Below, piece after piece: positions 5,664 through 11,873 of a stretch of 11,873 nt of DNA. Each line of letters starts with the position of its first letter. Position 1 is the stretch's first letter. Under the pieces are notes generated by a model that was given only the letters and a program-made list of their open reading frames with translations, was not told the origin of the DNA and did no database searches. Source of the DNA: Gemmatimonadota bacterium (lineage in GTDB: Bacteria; Latescibacterota; UBA2968; UBA8231). The stretch spans positions 1 through 11,873 of the forward strand of contig JAYPJE010000095.1 of NCBI GenBank assembly GCA_038128265.1, read 5' to 3'. The position numbers and the translations under genes are program-made.

Positions 5664-6644
5664 ATGAGCGTTGTGGACATACCGCAGTTGACCTATGGGG
5701 GCAACGCGCTCGATATGGAGCAGGTCGGTCTGCTGCGTCGGTCAGATGATGCGCTGCACGATCGCGATGAATTGCATCGGCGCATGCGCGAAGACGGCTA
5801 TCTGTTTCTGCCGGGTTTGCTCGACCGCAATCAGGTGATTGAGGCGCGCCGCGAACTGTGCGATCGGCTCTTCAAGGCGGGCATGTTGGACTATGCGCGC
5901 CCGGCTATGGAGTGCGTTGCCGCACCGCAGGCGCAGATAGACGCGGCCGCTACCGGGCCCTTTATGCCGCAGCTAGCGCGCGACAATGCGCCGCTAGCAA
6001 AGGTGATCTACGATGGGGCGATGATGCAGTTTTATGAGTTCTTTCTCGACGGTCCGGTGCGCCACTTTGACTACACGTGGTTTCGCGCCAAACAGCCGGG
6101 CACCCACACGGCGACGACGCCGCACTACGACTTCGTCTATATGGGACGCGGTACGCCGGACCTCTATACGGCGTGGACCCCGTTCAGCGACGTGCCCTTT
6201 GCTATGGGCGGTCTTATGATGCTGGAAAAATCGCACGAGCACGAGGAGTTGGTGCAGGGCTACGGGCAGACGGACGTCGATCTATACTGCGAAAACGAGG
6301 GCGATGCCGGCGAAGTCGTCGCTGCCGCGCAGGCGGCCGGTCGCGAATTGACCGGCGAGGAGCGGCAGCAGATTCGCTGGAATTCGACCGGTGCCTACTC
6401 GTCGGATGCTGTTGCTACGCGCCAGCAGTGGGGCGGCCGCTGGCTGTTGGAGGAATATCAGATGGGCGACGTGCTCGTATTTTGCATGCACATCATGCAC
6501 GCTAGCTCGGACAACCAGACGGAGTATATTCGCCTGTCGTCAGACTCGCGTTATCAGCTGGCTAATGAGCCAGCTGACGATCGCTGGATCGGCGACGACC
6601 CACCGGCCCATGGCATTCGCGCCAAGCGCGGCATGGTCTGCTAA
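5664..6644 (+). CDS. Phytanoyl-CoA dioxygenase (PhyH) family Fe(II)/2-oxoglutarate-dependent dioxygenase
   Basis: EDGYLFLPGLL N-terminal motif, HxD (PHYD), TAWTPF...GGL..LEKSH, GDVLVF...MHAS (distal His) and RLSSDSRY (2-oxoglutarate-binding Arg). Confidence 0.92.
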   Translation: MSVVDIPQLTYGGNALDMEQVGLLRRSDDALHDRDELHRRMREDGYLFLPGLLDRNQVIEARRELCDRLFKAGMLDYARPAMECVAAPQAQIDAAATGPFMPQLARDNAPLAKVIYDGAMMQFYEFFLDGPVRHFDYTWFRAKQPGTHTATTPHYDFVYMGRGTPDLYTAWTPFSDVPFAMGGLMMLEKSHEHEELVQGYGQTDVDLYCENEGDAGEVVAAAQAAGRELTGEERQQIRWNSTGAYSSDAVATRQQWGGRWLLEEYQMGDVLVFCMHIMHASSDNQTEYIRLSSDSRYQLANEPADDRWIGDDPPAHGIRAKRGMVC

Positions 6645-6670
6645 ACGCGCCAGATATATATTGGATGTGG

Positions 6671-6707
6671 AGCGGTTCGGGTGCGCTATGCCCGGACCGC
6701 TTTTTTT
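6671..6707 (+). terminator. Rho-independent terminator after the dioxygenase gene
   Basis: GCGGTTCGGGT pairs with GCCCGGACCGC (two G-U pairs) and is followed by T7 (6701-6707). It lies between convergent genes. Confidence 0.88.
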
Positions 6708-6713
6708 ATGCCG

Positions 6714-7304
6714 CTAGTTGACCGACGGGTCGACGGGTAATTCGGCCATTGCGCGGTACTTGCCGCCGAGCGAATAGAGCACGTCGCGCCACATTGACTC
6801 CGTGCTGGATGAGAGCACGAGGCCAACGTCGCCGGGCGCTAGAATCCAGGCACCCGTTGCAATTTCTCGTTCTAGCTGGCCCTGCTCCCAGCCGGCGTAT
6901 CCTAAATAGAAGCGCAGCAGCGGATCTTCGGCAGCAACTACTTCGGGTTCGGCTCGCACGGCATCGAGATCGCCGCCCCAGTGCAGGTCTTCAATAACCG
7001 GATTGCCGTTAGCAATGATATGACTGAGGCGGTGTAAGTAAAACAGGTAGCTGCGGTCGACGGGCCCACCCTCAAAGAATAGGTGGCTAACGCCGGTGTC
7101 GGTCTGCGCGCTTTCGGCAAAGCGCAGTAGCTCATCGCTCGACTCGATCTGCACCTGTTCGCCCATGGGGCGGTTGAGAACGAGGCCCATGCTGCCGTCG
7201 TCTGCGCTGTGGTGGATAATGAGTATGACCGAGCGCGCAAAATAGTCTTCTTGCAGCTCTTGGCTGGCTGCCAGTATAGTGCCTTTTTGCAGGGGAGCCG
7301 GCAT
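6714..7304 (-). CDS. yqgE: YqgE/AlgH family protein (UPF0301, DUF179)
   Basis: Motifs FARSVILI.HH...GSMGLVLNRP, GGPV, RFYLGYAGWEQGQLEREI..GAW, and C-terminal DPSVN. Confidence 0.93.
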   Translation of the reverse strand: MPAPLQKGTILAASQELQEDYFARSVILIIHHSADDGSMGLVLNRPMGEQVQIESSDELLRFAESAQTDTGVSHLFFEGGPVDRSYLFYLHRLSHIIANGNPVIEDLHWGGDLDAVRAEPEVVAAEDPLLRFYLGYAGWEQGQLEREIATGAWILAPGDVGLVLSSSTESMWRDVLYSLGGKYRAMAELPVDPSVN

Positions 7305-7403
7305 AATAACCCTTGAAAAGATGCGAAAAGCGCGCGCCCGATTTGGCCGTATTCGGGATGCGATCTACTATGAATGTGCTGCCAATCGGCGCGGCGTCAA
7401 CTG

Positions 7404-8561
7404 TCAGTAGAGGAGATAGCGTTCGCGCACGGCAGCAAAGGCGTCGAGGTCGCTTTGCCACGCGGCCAGCAGCTGCTCGAGGTCGCATCCGTCATCAATG
7501 GCACGGCGGATGTCGTCGCCGCCGGCCAGGCGGTCGAAGTTGTGAATGCCGCCGGAAGGAATGCGCCAGGAAAAATCGTCTGCGCACTGGGCGCGCAGTT
7601 CTATAAGCGCAGCAAACCCGGTGCGTATGGGGTCAAACGAGGTTCGCTCTACCACGTGCAGCTGCACGCCTTGGCACACGTGGCCAGCGTGCTTGCTAGC
7701 GCTGGGCTGGAAGTAAACGGGGCGAAAGCGCGCACCTGGTAACGGCATCTCGTTGAGCGCAGCGGCGAGGCGATGACCGTCGACAAAGGGTGCGCCAAAT
7801 TGCTCAAAGGGCCTCGTCGTACCGCGTCCTTCTGAGATGTTTGTTCCCTCAAAGAAACAGGTGCCTGGATAGGCTATGGCCGTGTCAAGCGTCGGCATAT
7901 TGGGCGATGGTGGCACCCAGGGCAAGTCGAGTTCGTCCCAGTACTGGGCGCGCTGCCAGTGTTCTAACTCGACGATATGCAGGTCGACACCGATGGAAAA
8001 TTCTTCGTTGAAAAGCCGGGCGAGTTCGCCGATGGTCAACCCATAGCGAATGGGAATGGGGTAGCGCCCGACAAAAGAAGCAAAGGACGGATCGAGCACA
8101 TTGCCCGCACAGGTCAACCCACCGATGGGGTTGGGGCGGTCGAGCACGGCAAAGGGGACACCGTGCTGAGCGCAGGCCTCCATACTCATGCTCATCGTAT
8201 ACAAGTAGGTGTAAAAACGCACGCCGACGTCCTGAATGTCGAAGAGCATCAGATCAATGCCCTCGAGCATCTCGGCGCTGGGCTGGCGCGTCTCGCCGTA
8301 CAGGCTATGGGCTGCTACGCCGGTCTGCGGATCGCGGAACGTGCCGACTTTTTCGCCGTCTTGGGCCGCACCGCGAATGCCGTGTTCCGGGCCAAATAGG
8401 GCGACTAGCGTGCAGCGCGCGTCGGCGTGCAGGCGGTCGGCCGTGGCGACCAGTCGGGCATCGACGCCGGAGTGGTTGGTTATCAGCCCAACGCGACGAT
8501 GGGCAATTAAATCGACGGCGTCGTCGAGTAGGCGTTGGCAGCCGAGGCGCACGGCGTTCAT
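7404..8561 (-). CDS. namZ: DUF1343 family exo-beta-N-acetylmuramidase NamZ-like protein
   Basis: Motifs RVGLITNHSG, LFGPEHGIRG, SLYG, FDIQDVGVRFYTY, VLDRPNP, GLTIGELA, WVPPSPNMPT, EGTNISEGRGTTRPFE, and C-terminal RERYLLY. Confidence 0.93.
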   Translation of the reverse strand: MNAVRLGCQRLLDDAVDLIAHRRVGLITNHSGVDARLVATADRLHADARCTLVALFGPEHGIRGAAQDGEKVGTFRDPQTGVAAHSLYGETRQPSAEMLEGIDLMLFDIQDVGVRFYTYLYTMSMSMEACAQHGVPFAVLDRPNPIGGLTCAGNVLDPSFASFVGRYPIPIRYGLTIGELARLFNEEFSIGVDLHIVELEHWQRAQYWDELDLPWVPPSPNMPTLDTAIAYPGTCFFEGTNISEGRGTTRPFEQFGAPFVDGHRLAAALNEMPLPGARFRPVYFQPSASKHAGHVCQGVQLHVVERTSFDPIRTGFAALIELRAQCADDFSWRIPSGGIHNFDRLAGGDDIRRAIDDGCDLEQLLAAWQSDLDAFAAVRERYLLY

Positions 8562-9523
8562 GGGCGACCTTCCGATGGAGAGGATTCGACGCGGCGCACG
8601 ATAAAGGCGATGCCGCCGAATAGACTAGCGAGAATACCGGCTAGGTAGCCCAGCAGCGACATAGCGGTAGATACCTCGGGGGCAAAGCCGAGTCCACCGA
8701 AGAGACCTACCAGCGTGTTTTCTCGCACGCCGAGTCCGCCAATCGAAATGGGCAATGAGGCAATAACGGCCGCAATGGGTTGGAAGGACATAAAGTAGAG
8801 CAGGCCAGGGAACATGCCGATGGCTAAGCCGGCTGACCAGTAGACTAGGATCCGGCAAAACTGCACGCCGAGCGAAATGCCCCAAACGCCGGCTAGGAGT
8901 GGGACACGGTCGCGGTAGACGACGACGCTGCGTCGCAGTTTGCTCACTAAACCGGCGATAGCGCCTGGCAAAAAGCGCGTGAGAATGCGCTCGATCAGCG
9001 AGCCGATGCGCCGACTCAGGCCCATGGCCAGCACGACGACTAGGCCGAGCCATACGGGGATTAATACAGAGACGAGCAGGCTGCTTTTGCTCGCCGTAGC
9101 GGCGATAAAGGGATAGGCCGCCAGCGCCAGACAGCAGGTGGAAAAGAGGCCGATCAGGCGATCCATCATAGTGGCCGCTACGCCACCGCTGCTCTCACCG
9201 GTCAGGCGGCGTATGTCGTAGATGCGCATGGCGTCGCCGCCGATATTGCCCAGCAAGACGTTGTTAAAAAAGACGCCTACAAAGTAGAATAGCAGGGCTT
9301 GTGCAAAGCGTATGGGCAGGTTTTGCGCGCGCAGCAGCAGGTACCACTGAACGGATCCCAGCGTATTGCTCAAGAGAAAAAAGAATACGGCTAGGGCGAA
9401 AAAACTCGGTGAAAGCTGAGCGAAGACAGTGCCCAATTCGCGCCAGTCCATGCCCGAGGCCAGGTAGGCGATGAGGCCTATACTGACGACGAGTTTGGCG
9501 ATTACGTTGAAGGCGCGCTTCAC
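8558..9523 (-). CDS. Lysylphosphatidylglycerol synthase TM-domain / flippase-like membrane protein (UPF0104, YbhN-like)
   Basis: Multiple hydrophobic segments with motifs W..LL, FFNNVLLGNIGGDAMR, DRLIG and LPISIGGLGVRE. The GTG start overlaps the upstream TGA (GTGA, 9523-9520). Confidence 0.88.
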   Translation of the reverse strand: MKRAFNVIAKLVVSIGLIAYLASGMDWRELGTVFAQLSPSFFALAVFFFLLSNTLGSVQWYLLLRAQNLPIRFAQALLFYFVGVFFNNVLLGNIGGDAMRIYDIRRLTGESSGGVAATMMDRLIGLFSTCCLALAAYPFIAATASKSSLLVSVLIPVWLGLVVVLAMGLSRRIGSLIERILTRFLPGAIAGLVSKLRRSVVVYRDRVPLLAGVWGISLGVQFCRILVYWSAGLAIGMFPGLLYFMSFQPIAAVIASLPISIGGLGVRENTLVGLFGGLGFAPEVSTAMSLLGYLAGILASLFGGIAFIVRRVESSPSEGRP

Positions 9524-10554
9524 GGAGCGTCCTCCTCGTCTACTAGGTCGGCCGCGCGCCGCACGCCGCGCGCGTGGTACTGATAGAGCAGGCTGCCGGA
9601 ATACATGCCGTCGCGCGCGGCGGTTTGGCGCAGGCGCTGGCTGTGGCGGCGGCGGCGAAGAATATTGAGGGGGTGGCTAACGCACCAGAGCAGGGCGACC
9701 AGCGGCGCCGGCGCACTGCTCCAGCGTCGCTGTGTTAGGTAGCCGATACTGGCTAGTAGCTCGAGCGGCAGGCGCAGCGCCAGCAGCCACAGCAGGCGAA
9801 AGAGCGGTTGGTTTTTACAGTGCATAACCAGGTTGTTGCGATGGTTTAAATAGGTCTTGCGAAAAGAGGCTGGCGGCAGCGAGAAGCCCGAGTGGTGGTA
9901 GACTACGGACCGGGGCACGGCCCAGATGCGATACCCGGCCAGCTGCAGGCGCCAGCACAGGTCGATTTCTTCAAAGTGCATAAAGAAGTCTAGGTCGAGA
10001 AAATCCAGCGCGCGCGCCGCATCGACGCGCAGGAAGAGCGCTGAGCCGCACGCCCAGAACAGCGGAACTTCCCGATCGTACTGCCCGCAGTCTAGCTCTC
10101 GCTGGTCGAAGAGGCGTCCGCGGCAAAACGTGTAGCCCAGCGCGTCGATATAGCCGCCGGCTCCGCCGCCGTAGTCGAAATATTGGTCGTCGGTAGCCGA
10201 GAGCAGCTTGGGTTGGCAGGCGGCGATTTGCGGATTGCTATCGGCTCGCTCAACGAGCGGCCGCAGCCAGCCGGGTGCGACGCGGGTGTCGTCGTTTAAC
10301 AGCACCGCGTAGCGACTCCGCGCTGCTTTCAATCCGCGGTTGCACGAACCGGTGAATCCCATATTGCGCTCATTGCGCAGGATTTCGATTTGTGGGAAGC
10401 GCGCTGCTGCCTGCTGCATGCTGGGTGCGTTGCCACCGTCGTCTATGACTAACACGCGAATCGGCCAGTCGCTGTGTTCATAGAGCGACTGCAGGCAGTC
10501 GAGTAGAACCGCGGCGCGATAGTGCGGTATGACAATGGTTACGGGCTCGCTCAC
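9520..10554 (-). CDS. Glycosyltransferase family 2 (GT2) protein
   Basis: Motifs VTIVIPHY, VLVIDDG, RNMGFTGSCNRG, LLNDD, WACGSALF and FFMHFEEIDLCWR. The start is reassigned to GTG 10554 (GTGA overlap with the upstream stop); the track's extension to 10734 lies inside the upstream gene. Confidence 0.92.
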   Translation of the reverse strand: MSEPVTIVIPHYRAAVLLDCLQSLYEHSDWPIRVLVIDDGGNAPSMQQAAARFPQIEILRNERNMGFTGSCNRGLKAARSRYAVLLNDDTRVAPGWLRPLVERADSNPQIAACQPKLLSATDDQYFDYGGGAGGYIDALGYTFCRGRLFDQRELDCGQYDREVPLFWACGSALFLRVDAARALDFLDLDFFMHFEEIDLCWRLQLAGYRIWAVPRSVVYHHSGFSLPPASFRKTYLNHRNNLVMHCKNQPLFRLLWLLALRLPLELLASIGYLTQRRWSSAPAPLVALLWCVSHPLNILRRRRHSQRLRQTAARDGMYSGSLLYQYHARGVRRAADLVDEEDAP

Positions 10555-11873
10555 GGCAGGGCGCTGCTGTCGCCTCCCTCTCCTTGTTGCAGGGCGTTTT
10601 GCAGAATGCGCTCGGCGTCGACCAGGCGCTGTTCCTCGCCGTATTCGGCCCGGTAGTTTTGCAACAGAGTCAGGGCAGCCTCGGCGTCGCCCTTGGCCTG
10701 CAGCGCCGCGGCCAGTTCGTAATAGGCATTCCAACGGGCCGGTTCTATGGCGATGATGCGCTCATAGAGGGGGATGGCGCGCTCAAACTGCGAGTAGGGT
10801 TCGTTGAGCAAGACGCCGGCTAGTGCGAGTATATTATCATAAGTTGCCAGGGCACTTTCGCCATACTGATCAATCAGTATGTTGGCGGCGTTGCCCACAT
10901 AGGAGCCAGCTACATCTTTCTGGCCAATTTTCAGCAGAAAATCAGCGGCCGTATAATAGCCCTCCCAGCTCATATAAATCGTTTCCTCGGCCCAGCGCAT
11001 AAGGCGCCGCAGGTCGTCGTCGCGCCCTTCCTCATTGTAGCGTTCGGCCAGATGCAACACGCAGGCGCGGTAGTTGCCCAGCAGGCGCCGGCTGTTCTCG
11101 TCCTTGTAAACGTGCGGATCGGTCAAGCCACGGAATTGATATACCTCAAACAGGTGGCGTTCCAGCGTTTCGATATCCGAGATGGGATTGCGCTGCGGCG
11201 TGACTTTCATCGTCATACCGGTCATCTCCATATAGGGCAGGAGGCCGGTGTAATTGTTGCTGGGAATAGTAATGGCAAAATGAAGCGGTCGTTTCCACTG
11301 GTTCCAGTATACGATGCCGATGACCATGATATCCTGCACGCGCAGCAAGTCGTGTCCGGGCTGCGCGTCGACTTCGACGTCGAGGCCGAGCTTTTTGTAT
11401 TCGGGCGGCGTTTTGGGCTGCTGCCACAGGCGCTTGTAAAGGTCGACCAGCTGCGTGTCAGTTAACACCGAGTCGATGTATTCGTCGGAGAGCTTGATAT
11501 CGACTTTGGGTTCGCGGTCGCGCAACTGCTTGATGTACCAGTTGGTGTTGAGCAGACTCAGATTGACCACGCGCACGTCGCGACGCAGTCCCTCCACTTC
11601 CTGTAGATACCACAGCGGAAACGTATCGTTATCGCCGTTGGTGAAGAGGATGCTGTTGGGTTCACACGTCTGCAGGATATTGTAGGCATAGTCATAGGCG
11701 ATGTAGTCGCCGGTGCGATCTTGTTCGTGGTAGAGCTTGTAGATCGTACCAATGGGCAGTGTCAAACCCACGACCGCGACGGCTGTCGTTATGGCCGTAG
11801 ACGAACGCGCTCGAACCCACTCGACGATGGCGACCCAGCCCAGGCCAATCCACAGCGCGTAGGCCAGATACAT
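10551..11873 (-). CDS. DUF2723 / TMEM260-like membrane protein, C-terminal part with TPR-like helices (5'-truncated by the window edge)
   Basis: The last TM helices are followed by the characteristic segment AYDYAYNIL...ILFTNGDNDTFPLWYLQEVEGLRRDVRVVNLSLLNTNWY. The C-terminus has TPR-like helices (AIPLYERIIAIEPARWNAYYELAAALQAKGDAEAAL). The ATG at 11873 is probably an internal Met. Confidence 0.82.
   Translation of the reverse strand: MYLAYALWIGLGWVAIVEWVRARSSTAITTAVAVVGLTLPIGTIYKLYHEQDRTGDYIAYDYAYNILQTCEPNSILFTNGDNDTFPLWYLQEVEGLRRDVRVVNLSLLNTNWYIKQLRDREPKVDIKLSDEYIDSVLTDTQLVDLYKRLWQQPKTPPEYKKLGLDVEVDAQPGHDLLRVQDIMVIGIVYWNQWKRPLHFAITIPSNNYTGLLPYMEMTGMTMKVTPQRNPISDIETLERHLFEVYQFRGLTDPHVYKDENSRRLLGNYRACVLHLAERYNEEGRDDDLRRLMRWAEETIYMSWEGYYTAADFLLKIGQKDVAGSYVGNAANILIDQYGESALATYDNILALAGVLLNEPYSQFERAIPLYERIIAIEPARWNAYYELAAALQAKGDAEAALTLLQNYRAEYGEEQRLVDAERILQNALQQGEGGDSSALP

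Noticed and set aside
10555..10734. 60-aa Arg-rich N-terminal extension of the GT2 ORF in the track
   Set aside because: It overlaps the DUF2723 coding region in another frame. The GT2 fold starts at VSEPVTIVIP, with a GTGA overlap start at 10554.
1..11873. CRISPR array, IS element, prophage or rRNA
   Set aside because: No regularly spaced direct repeats, terminal inverted repeats with a transposase, phage genes or rRNA-like sequence were seen; almost all of the window is accounted for by ordinary genes.

Overview
GC-rich bacterial chromosomal segment with no integrase, transposase or CRISPR array. From left to right: (1) two tandem + strand paralogous genes that both end in a FliG C-terminal-like domain although no flagellar genes are nearby; the complete one (139-930) also carries two copies of a ~75-aa helical repeat. 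(2) A hairpin-rich intergenic region and a minus-strand tRNA-Val(GAC) with its own sigma70-like promoter and intrinsic terminator. (3) A Gfo/Idh/MocA oxidoreductase followed in the same frame by rlmH, which has no canonical start codon (probable CTG start at 2417). (4) A D-Ala-D-Ala carboxypeptidase (S11), an MlrC/M81 metallopeptidase and a PhyH-family dioxygenase. (5) A minus-strand operon with three consecutive 4-bp stop/start overlaps: DUF2723/TMEM260-like membrane protein (5'-truncated), GT2 glycosyltransferase, LPG-synthase-TM/flippase-like protein and NamZ (DUF1343), followed by a YqgE/AlgH gene. The best candidates for undescribed biology are the non-flagellar FliG_C fusion pair and the DUF2723-GT2-flippase-NamZ unit. 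All family calls come from motif recognition by eye; no searches were run.
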